This document shows positions 1 to 13,630 of a DNA stretch of 64,000 nucleotides, piece by piece. Both the position numbers and the translations under genes were made by a program. The notes beneath the pieces were generated by a model. The model was not told where the DNA came from, did not search any database, and saw only the letters and a program-made list of their open reading frames with translations. Origin of the DNA: the human T2T-CHM13v2.0 reference genome, Homo sapiens; the NCBI RefSeq assembly GCF_009914755.1, contig NC_060928.1, one strand, 5' to 3'. Numbering within the stretch: the stretch's first letter is position 1; each line of letters opens with the position of its first letter.

Positions 1-93
1 ACTACATCCTTTTATGGGGACTTAAGCATCCATGGGTTTTAGCACCTGTGAGGGGTCCTGAAACCAATCCCCCAGGGATACTGAGGGACGACT
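1..93. mobile_element. MER2 (TcMar-Tigger) terminal fragment, cut by window edge
   Basis: GGACTTAAGCATCCATGG...GGGTCCTGAAACCAATCCCCCAGGGATACTGAGGGACGACT matches the MER2 terminus. Confidence 0.8.
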
Positions 94-247
94 ACATTCT
101 CTATTACTTCCTTTGATGAGGTTACTGACCTCCACTGATAAATTCTCATGCATTTGTAATGGACTTAACTCCAATGTTTTTGTAAACATATAGTATTAGT
201 GAGCAACTTCTATGGGTTTTATTTTTGCAGTAAGTTGGATTACTCAC

Positions 248-326
248 TAGATTGTGAGCTACTTAATGTCTTATACATCTTTATAGTCTCTGTGTTGCCC
301 ACAGTAGGTAGTCAATATTTGCTGAA
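248..326 (+). mobile_element. L2 3' end fragment
   Basis: TAGATTGTGAGCT...ACAGTAGGTAGTCAATATTTGCTGAA resembles the L2 3' terminus. Confidence 0.5.
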
Positions 327-2136
327 CAGAAGTTAAACATTTTTTAATCACTATATATGATATTTCTTTGGCATAAATGGGTTTTTAATGTGTTAGAGTT
401 TCATATGCTTAAAAATGTGTTCAAAAGAAAACTATCTTTATGTCAAAAAGATTTATACAGTTTGCTTTTTAAAGTCTGTGTGAATGAACCAATACTCTGT
501 CTTATGTCACAGCTGGACACTCCAATTCACCGCTTTAAGTCCAGCACTGCTAATTCCCTGACTAGCTTCCCTAGGAAAGGATATTCTTTTAAGTCTGGCG
601 CTATGCTGTAAACACACTCCTGTTTATTCCAGCTAATGAGAAACAGGCTGTCTGGAAATGTGTCTCTGAGGAAAATACTGAGCAAATCTTTAGAAAATAA
701 AGCACTCCAGATTGATTGAAAAGATAACATTTGGTAACATGGTGCAAGCGAAACTATAATATCAAGCTCAAAAGAAGGCAAATTAGGTATAAAATTTGCT
801 TGGATGTGTCAACTGGAGCTTTGGAAAGAGCCAGGAAAGACACAGAATTTTTGCATCTGTCCGATCTTGCCCCTTTCTCCTTCCCTTGTAGCTTTAGGAT
901 TGCATCTCCCACTCCTCACACCAACTTTGCTGTCCTGCTGGGAACCCTTTTCTGGTCTTGTTATCTTTCTTTAAGATCAGCCAGGCTGTCTCTTCCTCTT
1001 TTTCTTCTGGTAATAAGGTGTCTAATAGTTTATAGCCTTTTAATCTAATGGCTCTTTCTGTGGACAGTTTCAAATCTCTTCTTTAGATACTTGCATTTGA
1101 AAAGCCACTAACTTTTGAAACATAGTCGTTATTATCAAAAAGTTTTGTAGGACTGTGCCTTACTGAGCATTGATTTTCGTACTTGGAGAATAGTTTTATC
1201 AAAAACATAAATTATTTCACTTATTCACTTAGGGTAAAATGCCTAACAGTAGACAAGTGACAAGACTTAAAAAAAAAAAAAAAGCAGTTTCTCATCAAAT
1301 TCTAAATCTCTTGAATCTCTCGTCTTCATAATTCTTCAACTCCTTGAAAGTATATGAACTGCTTATTGGTCATTAACTTATTTGTAAATGCAAGTGGAAC
1401 TCCCATTTTAAATACATCCCCTATTGATTCTAAACCATACTCTAAATTTGTCTATGTTGCCCATTCCCTTCCAACTTTAGCCATCGCTGAAACTTCAATT
1501 GCTTTCCTGATGCTACCAAAAGAGCAGTATCATCAGTGCCCCCTCACTAATCATGTAATCTTCCTTCAGAAAGCATTTATGTTTTTTGTTATTTTCCTAT
1601 AAGAAGAGAAGAAAGTCTGTTTTGGACTTCGTCCAGCCAACACTATTAGGCAATTTCCACTAATAAAAAGTGTCATGAGCCATGATAGAAAAGTTTTACT
1701 ACTTTAAGAATTTTTTCCATTTCATAGCCAAAGAATATCTGAATTTTGGAGATAACACATAAATATAGAGTTTTAGGTTCTACAAAGAACTAGGGTACAG
1801 AAAAATAACTTGGTCATTTCCCCAGGAAATACTCTGACTACTAATACCACAACGACTCCTAACACCACTACTGTAACAATTTCACATTTCACAGTATTTT
1901 CCCTCTCCATAGCTTCAATTGCAGCCAACATGGAATCCAAAGAGAACCAGAACTTTCGTTGTGAGAATGTTTTACACTTATTCCATTTACACTTAACACT
2001 TCATCATAAAAGTAGAACAGGTAATCTCAATGATATTTCATTGGAGGCTCTAAGAGGCTAAATGAACGACTTGATTAAGTTTACCAGGTTTATAGCAGAA
2101 ATCTACTAATGTCTTCATTTCTGACCTACAAATGGC

Positions 2137-2429
2137 CAATGGGTCTAAATTTATGGGCCATAGACATTCAGGGTTCTATAGACTTACTTTAAAGAGATTC
2201 ATATCTACAGATATATATTTTAAACTAAATAAATATTATAATAATATCTTTGTATTTTTCAATATGATAAAATACAAATTAACTTTTAAATTTTATTGGA
2301 TTTAGAGTGTATTTTTATTATATATTTCTTAGGCAATGATTAAAAATAAAGTTACTACTACTATAGTGTCTGGATTCTTTTTTAATGTTAATGAAAGATT
2401 TTCATACCAAAAAATGTTGGGAACCCCTG
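2137..2429. mobile_element. old hAT-Charlie-type non-autonomous DNA transposon
   Basis: Right end TTGGGAACCCCTG is a hAT-Charlie TIR; degenerate left end CAATGGGTCTAAA; very AT-rich interior. Confidence 0.4.
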
Positions 2430-2682
2430 TGCTAAATTATGATTCAGGTTGCTGTATTTAATTATGATTTGGGTCCCTGGGCCACAAATAAAGCTAGGAG
2501 AAGGAAAGAACTTATCTATGAAGAAAGCAAAGCTTCTTTTGGTTTTCTATGCACCTTTTCTGTAGCTTTTATTCCTATCTGTCACATCCTCACCCCTTAC
2601 ATGTCTCTCTTTCCTCTTCCATCAGGAAAAACAAACAAACTAAAAAACCTCATGATGTTTATGGAAGCTACATGTGTTTTTA

Positions 2683-2890
2683 CTAACAATATTTATTGAA
2701 TGTCTATTGTGGATGTGGTAATGTGCTATACACCTTATACACATCAACTCATTTTATTCTGACATCAACCATATAAAATGGATATTATTCGTCATATGTT
2801 GCAGATGAAGAAACTGAGGTTCAGAAATATTTACCCTTCAAAGTCACAAAACTGATGAACTGCAAACTCATGACTCAAAATCATGGCTGA
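2683..2890 (-). mobile_element. MIR
   Basis: ATTTATTGAATGTCTA...GCAGATGAAGAAACTGAGGTTCAGA is the antisense MIR core. Confidence 0.75.
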
Positions 2891-3237
2891 AAAATCCCAA
2901 TGCCTACATTCTTTCAAAGGTAAATATTTGAATTTTTACATTTTTAAGGCTCAGGTATGAAGTTAAGTAACTTAGGTCATTCTAGAATATAGAGTTTCAT
3001 TTTGCTATTTTAAAGTAGCAGCTGTTCTTTGAACATAGAGGTTGTGTCTTCTTTGTTCACCTGTCAATCTTCAGCACATAGCAAAATGTCTGGCATATAC
3101 CAAATGCCCAGTGAAGGCTTTTTAAATCCTTTCTCATTCTTTGCACTTTCTACATTCAGTTAATCATTCTCTCTCAAAAATGTCTCTCAAATTTTACTTC
3201 TCTTTATTTCTATTGCCACTGTATTTGTATAAGTTCT

Positions 3238-3646
3238 TGTTGTGAACAGAATCATGTCCACCAGAATTCATATGTTGAAGCCTTAACACCCAACATGACT
3301 ATATTTTGAGATAGGGCCCTTAAAGAGACAATTAACATGTAAATAATTGAGTGTATGGTAGTTAATAAAGAGCCAGTAGAATATTAGTTACAATAGCATG
3401 CACCACATATACATCTTGCTCTCTTTGGGTTTACACACAATTACCTACTGTCCTATCCCTCTAACTGCAACAGTAAGTATTGAAATTTGGGTCATAAGGG
3501 TGGGGCCCTAATCCAATATGACAGATGTCCTTATAAGAAGAGGAAAAGACAACAGCAATGCACGCACAGAGAAAAGGCCGTCTGAGGACACAGCGAGAAG
3601 ATGGCCATCTGCAATCCTAGGAGAGGGGTCCCAGAATAAACCACCT
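3238..3646 (+). mobile_element. MLT1B-like MaLR LTR, interrupted and 3'-truncated
   Basis: AATTCATATGTTGAAGCC, GAGATAGGGCCCTTAAAGAG, GGGCCCTAATCCAATATGAC, GAGAAGATGGCCATCTGCAA motifs. Confidence 0.8.
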
Positions 3647-4516
3647 TTAAATCGATTTCAAACCTATTATGGAATTATTCATGCTAAATATATCATAGTG
3701 TTTATATTTCTAGGCCAACATGATAAGCATATTAAAAATGACTCCAAAGCAGATCACAAGTAGAATCTAAATTATTGACTGGTTTGCTTTTTAGAAAATT
3801 ATGTAGCAATTCCCTCACTTAGGAAAATTTAATTTTATGCTACTTTGCATGGTTTCCAACTGTAACTTTCCATGGGAAAAAAATACGGGAAAAAAATACA
3901 GGAGAATGGGCATGATATACTTAACATCGTTGAAAATGCATAATGACTCCACCTTTCTGAATATTGGTCAAATGTTACATTCCTAAGAACTTCATTTGTT
4001 GAATCATCAAACTTTGTTAGTGAAGACCTAGGTATGGAGGTTAAAAGCTGTTTTTACAATTATTAGGCTACAAATAGTTATTACATAAAATTTGTAGATG
4101 CAATAGAAATTTGCTTGCCAAATATTTAACTAATTTGACTATAGTGTGAAATCTTCTTAAAGTGGATGATCTGATGATTCTTTGCTCACTGAGGACAGCA
4201 GCGTAGGAGTAAAATTTTAGTTATTTTTAAGAACCCATTTCTTAAAATGTATGGCATGAATTGTACTCATTATTTCCAGCTTCAAGTATTCCACGAGAAT
4301 TACTCTGTTTCTTTGTTTGTGGTATAATCATGGGAAGTTCACCTAAGGGCAGAGTGGTAAGTGTAGAAAATCCTGGTTTATTGCAACACATGGGGACTAT
4401 ATTTGGCCTTCGAAAGGATTACTTGGTCTAAAGTTTTAGCATGCAGCATCTAGTATTCAGGATAAAACATCATGTTTTTTCTTAAAATCCTGGTCAAAGT
4501 TCTGGTCAAATAGCAT

Positions 4517-4522
<6 letters not shown>

Positions 4523-4549
<27 letters not shown>
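4523..4549. repeat. T27 homopolymer
   Basis: 27 uninterrupted T. Confidence 0.95.
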
Positions 4550-5169
4550 GCCCAGGCAAAACTGCATTGTCATTGTGTCCATGATATCCAGTTAATACCT
4601 TGTTAATAGCCTATACCCTCTAGTAGGCTTTAAAAAAAAGGTCTTTGTAGGGTGGGGACACAGATGAACATAAATCATAATTAATTAACAGGCCACAAGG
4701 ATTGCCATGAAAATAATAGCTTCCTGGGTCCTTCAAATCTAATCTACCATCAAACTTTCAGAGTCAAAGCAATCTCTTTGACAGCCACTTGAGTTAATTT
4801 GAAATTAGATAAGTGGAGAAAGCAGAGACGCTTTCCTTTTATTGAATAAAAATTAACTTCTAAACCATGGAAAAATAACCTTTCCTGTGATTTTGTGATT
4901 GGTGATCACATTGGAAAATTGTTCAAAAGTATTAAAAATATTGATTCAATAATGGATAATCTTTTACAGCTTTTATTTTTAGTGTCCCTTGAAGAACCCA
5001 ATTCTTTAATTACTCTTACAGAAGGAACACAACTTCATAATCCTTAATTTAGGTTCAATAGAGCAACAACAATCGTTGGATCAAGACAAGTCTAGGTTTA
5101 AATTCTGTATTTTTAACTTGTAGTAACCGTTCTAGATGCCAAGTTTCCCTTCATAAAACTAGGGTAGTA

Positions 5170-5469
5170 CAGGCTCACTATCCCTTATTCACAATTCTGA
5201 AACCCCTAAACCACTAGAAACCATTTTTTTCTTACTTTGCAGAAAAACCTGATGTGACCCGAATCCATTATGTGAAAACCTGACTAGCACTGATGTGGGG
5301 CTACTTACAGCCTTTACTTATTCTATCCTATATAGATATGCATACATTTCACTGAGGAAGGATTAATGTTGTTTACCGAAGAAAGACACCCCAGGCCTAA
5401 AACCCAAAGATTTCGGAATCCTGAGACATATTTAGCCGGAAGGATTTCATATAAGGGATTATGGGCCTG
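5170..5469 (-). mobile_element. MER46C (TcMar-Tigger), apparently inserted into a MIR
   Basis: TIRs CAGGCTCACTATCCCTTA / TAAGGGATTATGGGCCTG with TA on both sides; MIR-like sequence on both flanks. Confidence 0.8.
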
Positions 5470-5799
5470 TAATACCAATGATGAGGATTCATATGCAGAG
5501 TAAAAAAGCAATCAATATTAATTAGTAATGCTTGACCCAAAGTAGATTTTTTTCAACAAACACATTGTTTCCTGTTCCTTCACAGACAAGTGTTCTGTGA
5601 AAAATTATATTCGTGTTAAATGATCCATTTATTGCCTTACCTCCCCAATAAATGTGTGATGACATCTTTAAAAAAAGAATAATTTTGGTTCAGATCTATA
5701 AGATGTGACAAACCGCAATTGTGATGTTTGGAATGATTCCAACACAGTATTACAGTTTTTTTTAAAGGCCATGCCATGGACAGTTTCTTATTGTCTTAC

Positions 5800-5873
5800 C
5801 TCACTGGGCACGCCCAGTGCTGGCCGTGTATTGTGACTTGCACAGACAGGAAGGCCACTAGGATCCTGAAATG
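5800..5873 (-). other. candidate spliced exon (74 nt)
   Basis: Minus strand: tttattttttatttttgagttatttctag|CATTTC...CAGTGAG|gtaagac; GC-rich with 2 CpG against AT-rich flanks. Confidence 0.4.
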
Positions 5874-6345
5874 CTAGAAATAACTCAAAAATAAAAAATA
5901 AACACCAGCAGTAAAAAGTTAGACAATGGAGAAAATGATTTAGAAGGAAAGCCTAAATATTTTAACTCAGTGTTTGACTATGAAAATGGGTAAAGAGAAT
6001 GGCATATTCAGAAAGTATCTAAACCAAAGTCAGTGAGAGAACTACTTAACATGACACTAGAGTGAATAACCTTAAAGGAATGTTATTCTCATTTATCAAT
6101 TCAAGGTGATGATAGGACTAGTTCATCATTTCGATTTCAAGATTTACTGTTTTCCAAGTGTATCTTGGCTATTGCCTCGTTCTCATGAGTCTCTAAATAC
6201 CGTTCACTAAGCCCAAATTAATTGTCTGAAGGCACATAGTGAAGCAGTAATACTGGTTAGCAATGTTTGTTTCATCAATGAAGCTACTGCTCTTTCCATA
6301 AGTATGACTAATAGGTTAAAAATATGCAAAGGGAAACTTGGGAAG

Positions 6346-7247
6346 TCTGAGGGATTTTCCAACTCCAACAACCAATTCTCTGATTCTCTGGACACCAGCT
6401 GGGTGTATAACAACTCAGTTCAATTCTGACACCCAGAGTTAGCTCAGATCCCACAGCTTAAAGGCTTGGTCCCACAGGACTACCCCCACTTCAGGTGTCT
6501 GTCATAAATCCTGGGCCTCCGGTACTTCTGACCAACTGGCTATAAATTCAGGATTCTCCTGATCCCTTCCTAAGGTTTGGTAATTTGCTCGAATGCCTCA
6601 CAGAACTCAAGAAGATGCTTCTCTTATGTTTACTGGTTTATTATAAAGGACACAAATGAACGTCCATATAAAGAGATACATAACGTGAGGTTCAGAAGGG
6701 TTTCCAAGCAGAGGCGCTTCCATCTCCATCCTCCATGGGTGGACAAGTTCACTAATTCTAAAGCTCATTGATTCCTGTTATTCAAGAGTTTTTTTAGAGC
6801 TCAGTCTCCAGCCCTTCTTCCCTCCCTAAAAGTCAAGGGTGGGGCTGAAAGTTTCCACCGTCTAATCACTTGGTCTTTCTGGTAACCAGCCCCAACCTGA
6901 GGCTATGTAGGGATCCCATCCAAAGTCAACTAATTAGCATACATTCTGCTGTGGAAAGGAGCTCTTTATGCATAAAAGAAGACTCTCTGATCAGGGAAAT
7001 TTCAAGAGTTTTAGGAGCTCTGTGCTAGGCACTGGGACAAAGAACAAATATATTTCTTCTTTTTTTTTTCTTTTTTTTATTACACTTTAAGTTTTAGGGT
7101 ACATGTGCACAACATGCAGGTTAGTTACATATGTATACATGTACCGTGTTGGTGTGCTGCACCCATTAACTCGTCATTTAACATTAGGTATATCTCCTAA
7201 TGCTATCCCTCCCCCCTCCCCCCACAAATATATTTCTTATTACACTA
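6346..7247 (-). mobile_element. MER21-family LTR, interrupted by a short L1PA
   Basis: GACACCAGCTGGGTGT, GGGGCTGAAAGTTTCCACC, TTTTAGGAGCTCTGTGCTAGG...AAATATATTTCTTATTA match antisense MER21. Confidence 0.8.
7059..7223 (-). mobile_element. young L1PA (PA3/PA4-like), 165 bp 3' end only
   Basis: T-rich tail, CTTTAAGTTTTAGGGTACATGTGCAC...ATCCCTCCCCCCTCCCCCC; perfect 15 bp TSD ACAAATATATTTCTT at 7044-7058 and 7224-7238. Confidence 0.93.
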
Positions 7248-7658
7248 CAGTAGTTCCCCCTGCCCCTTATCTGTGGTTTTACTTTCCATGGTTTCAGCTG
7301 CTTGTGGTCAACCACAGTTTAAAAATAGTAAATGGAAAATTACAGAAATAATTAACTTTAAGTTTTAAATTGGACATCTTTGAATAGTGTGATGAAATAT
7401 TGCACTGTCCCTCTCCAGCCCACCCAGAACCAGAATCATCCCTTTGTCCAGAGTACCCATGCTCTATATACTGCCTGTCTGTTAGTCACTTAGTGACTGC
7501 TTTGACTGTCAGATCAACTGTCGGCAGTATCATCGCAGTGCTTGTGTTAAAGTAACCCTTTTTTACTTAACAGTGGTCCCAAAATTCAAGGCTAGTGAGT
7601 TTGGATTTGCCAAAAGAAGCTGTAAAGTGCTTCCTTTAAGTGAAAAGGTGAAAGTCCT

Positions 7659-7769
7659 TGTTTTAGTCCATTTTTGCATTGCTAAAAAGAAATATCTGAG
7701 ACTGGGTAACTTATTAGAAAAGAGGTTTAATTGTGTCATCCTTCTGCACACTGTACAAGAAACAGTACT
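7659..7769 (-). mobile_element. MST LTR 3' fragment
   Basis: TGTTTTAGTCCATTTTTGCATTGCTAAAAAGAAATATCTGAGACTGGGTAA. Confidence 0.75.
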
Positions 7770-8105
<336 letters not shown>

Positions 8106-9184
8106 TCATAGTATATACAAGATTCAGTATTATCTGAGGTTTCAAGCATCCATAAGGAGTCTTGCATGACATCCCACATGGACAAGGGGAAACTACTGTA
8201 TTTTAAGGAATTTTAAAAAACTATTTTCTGAAAACCCATTATATCCAGATCAACTATAGCATGGAGAAATCATATAAGTACTATTCGTGTTTGACTAATT
8301 AACACTTCAAAAAGAGAACCAGAAAATCAACAGAGAAAAATTTATACTGTCAAGGAATGGGGAGGGGGAGCATCTAGATTTATTATCTCTCCCAGTAGAA
8401 AGAATGCAATGTTACATTTCACACATGAGTTTTTTTATGGAAGACTATTTTTCAATGTTAAAAATATCTCCCTCCCAACATCAGCTAATTTGGAAAAAAA
8501 TAATTCAACAATATATCAGAGGCCTATTACCAACTTCTAATGTAGCGAAAATTGGCAAATTATTATACACCAGGGAGATAGGATTTCATGACCTTCCTAT
8601 TTTTTCTTTACAAAATGTCAGGGAAACCTTACTGTCTCACTCTAGCTGGATATTAATGATAATTATTTTTTGGTACAAACTCTTTTCAGATATAATGATG
8701 TCCTCTATTTTCCTTCTTGCATTGGTTTTACTCCCACGAGAGTGACTTCCATTCCCTTATTGCACAAGGCCAAAAATCCCCACAAACAGCTGTCAATCTT
8801 ACTCTTTTGCACAGAAATTTTTAAACGTCTGGCAGGAAAGCCATTCTTAATCTTTTACAATTGTAGATTAATATCTTAAATTTGTACCAAGAAGGCAGGA
8901 ACCTATGTGAAAAGAAGTTGAGTGTGTTAGTCATTCTGACTCATCACTAAATAGGATTATTGAGGACTTAATCAACTTAAATTTATCTTTAGAATATGCC
9001 AAAAATTTCCTTTAACTACATATGGCCTTTTATAGGTTATTTTTTTCATGGAGACAAAAGTTGAGAACTCAAGTCCCTGGTTATCTGTATATAGCCAACT
9101 GGCTGTAAGTCAGGAATCCCCACTAATCCCTGAATCTCATTATTTCCTCCATATGCAAAGAAATAAAAACAGTCAATGCAAGCA

Positions 9185-9562
9185 CAGTAGGCTCTTGGTA
9201 TCCGTGGGTTATGTATTCTCAGATTTCAACCAATTATAGATTGAAAATATTTGAAAAAAAGGTAAAAAATAACAATACAACAATAAAAGTAGTACAAATA
9301 AAAATACAATACAGTGAACAATTATTTACATAGTATTTTTATTGTATTAGATATCATAAGTAATCTAGAGATGTTTTAAAGTATACGGGAGGATATGCAC
9401 AGGTTATATGTAAAAAAAAAGTACTTCTTTTATTTAAATTAGATTCAAACAAGTTCCTATACATGTATATTTATATGGTTAGCAAATTTATTCACATCCA
9501 TGGATTTTGGTATCCAAAGGGAATCCTGGAACCAATCCCCTGAAGATACCGAGGGACAACTG
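9185..9562. mobile_element. MER2 (TcMar-Tigger)
   Basis: CAGTAGGCTCTTGGTATCCGTGGG...AAGTAATCTAGAGATG...GATACCGAGGGACAACTG. Confidence 0.85.
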
Positions 9563-9764
9563 TATGTACATAGCATTGCATTGGTCCAGCATCCAAATAA
9601 TGTAAACATTTGCTATCATAGGTTTAAGGCAAATAAAACAAAAATACTTTTTTAAAAAAGTCAAGTAATTTTAAAAAGTTATTTTATTTAATTTCACTGT
9701 TCTTTAGAGTACACAGGCTAATACCTTTGTTGGCATTGCTCTGTATATCAACATAAGAGAAAGT

Positions 9765-9948
9765 TTTGAAACTAAGCAGGCCTCAGGTTGGATTCTAGTT
9801 TGCTACTTTCCATCTGGATAAGTTGGGTTGAGTTAACCAGCCATGTGAAGTCTCATTTTCCTCATCTAGCAAACGGACATAAGAGCACCTACCTCAAGGT
9901 GTAGTTGAGAAGACTAATGAGATAATATATGTCATAAGCACTTAATAA
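9765..9948 (+). mobile_element. MIR
   Basis: TCTCATTTTCCTCATCT...CACCTACCTCAAGG...AATGAGATAATATATGT core. Confidence 0.7.
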
Positions 9949-11196
9949 TGATTGTTTTCACTCAAGTTTTTTTACTCTAAGTATTTGTAACTTCTAAGTT
10001 TTACAGCATCTGTAGTTAAGATCAGTAGAAGCAACGCCACTGGGACACCTGTTGCAGGAACACAAGCAAGTCTACATCTTCTCCAAGCTAAACTGCTGAA
10101 GTGTCTTGGGTCCCTTGTTTTTGTCTTCTGCTTTACTTTTCCCTGACTTTGGTTTCTCTGGATGTAATTTCTTTCTGATACAAGTTCGTCCTCAGTTCTA
10201 CTTTTGTTTCCCCCTAATAACCTTTGGCAACTGAACTTCAAGCTCTTTTGTGTTGAATTTTTTGCTGTCCTCTGTTTATTTTATTCATTCATTGTTTTTC
10301 CTGATGCAATGTGGCTAAAATGCAGCTCCAGATGCAAAACAGTTTTAGGTAAATTTTCGTTCAAGATTATTACATTAAAATTTAATACTCATAGCATATT
10401 CTTGCCTTATAATTTACTATGAAAAAGCCCTCCACATTTAATATTTGAAATAAATCTACATGAGCTAAACAAAAATCATGCATGTATACTAATGAGTAGA
10501 ATACACTCTAGGTAATCAATGCATTGATCACCTATTAGTATTCACAGATGTTCTAATATATAATGTTTAAGGCATACGAATCTATATCAAAAACATTATT
10601 CTTATTAACAGTTACAAAACAATGCTGCTAGTCATTCAATAATGACAGTATTTATCTTCTTCCTAGAAAATGTCCTTTTAATGGTGAGCATTTTGCTTAG
10701 TATGGCTAAAATAATATTAATAAATCATGTATTTGTTTCAAGATATGCCAAAGCCAAGAGGTTTATGAAACCGCTTCATCATTTTCTGCTTGATTTTTCC
10801 CTCACATATTCTGCCAGGAGTTATTGTAAATTCAGTCCTAATTCGATTAAGACATTCCCAGTCACCTCTTCCTCATATTCTTATGTACACTAGCCAAAAT
10901 TAGTCAGATAAGTAAAGTTTTCCTTTGACGAGGGGATTTTGATTCTTAAGCCAAAAATAATAGATTTAATGCTGGAAAGATTTAACAGAAAAAATAAACA
11001 GAAGATTTTTTCAAAGGGAAATGAAAATATTGAAAGTAAAATAAATCATAGTAATAAAGCTGCAATAAATATTTGATTATTAAAATTCATTGAAGAGGTC
11101 ACATTTCTATATCCTACAATAAGATAACATTTCTTTTTTCTGGGTTAAGTACCATCAAGGCCTTTGACCTTAAGGCAACTTCCTGAGGCAACTTAC

Positions 11197-11280
11197 AATG
11201 GAGACTCCACAATCAACAGAAGCTTTGAGGGTCCCACCAGGCACACAAGTGGAGTGGAGTGACATGGCTGTGGGTTTGAT
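11197..11280 (-). other. candidate spliced exon (84 nt)
   Basis: Minus strand: ctcattcccattcag|ATCAAA...TCCATT|gtaagt; locally GC-richer. Confidence 0.33.
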
Positions 11281-11958
11281 CTGAATGGGAATGAGTTTCT
11301 TAGGAAAGCCTAATTCACCAGTTCCAATAATGCTTGAGCAGTAATCTTATAGCTTATGTGCTTTGTAAGAGAAGTCTTTAATGCAGGTAAAGACAGGATA
11401 AGTGAATACAGGAACAATCAGGAGAAAAGTATACTTTAATGTACCATTTAGGGGATGGAGAAGAAAGAAAAGAAAAAGAAACAATTATTTCAAGGTCTCA
11501 TTAACCTTCCTCCACTCAATCTATGTCAAGTAAACATCCCACAAGTGATTATGAAGAAATAGTATAGGTCGAGTATTTCTAACCCCAAAAGCTTCAAAAT
11601 ACAAAGCTTTTTGAGCACCAACATGATGCCACACACAAGTGGAAAATTCCACACCTGACCTTATGTGATGAGTCACAGTCAAAACACAGGCACACAACAC
11701 AGTTTATTCAGCATCCCTAAGTGAATAAAGACCCTCCCAGCCTTTTTCAGCTGCAATATATCTTGTCTTCACACACCCAGATTCCCCGATGCAAGCACGC
11801 CTACAAAGGGTAATAGAATGGCACACGTGCAGACCATACATGTCAATGGCAGGTTCTCTGTAATGCCCCAAGTAGCGCTAAGCTCTATGTGCATTTCTCA
11901 TTGTGTTTTTTGCGTATTCGTTCTGCAGTGTAAAGGCACTGTTGAAAACACCAAAAAT

Positions 11959-13630
<1,672 letters not shown>

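Noticed and set aside
4523-4549. T27 as a retroposon tail
   Set aside because: No TSD or element body found
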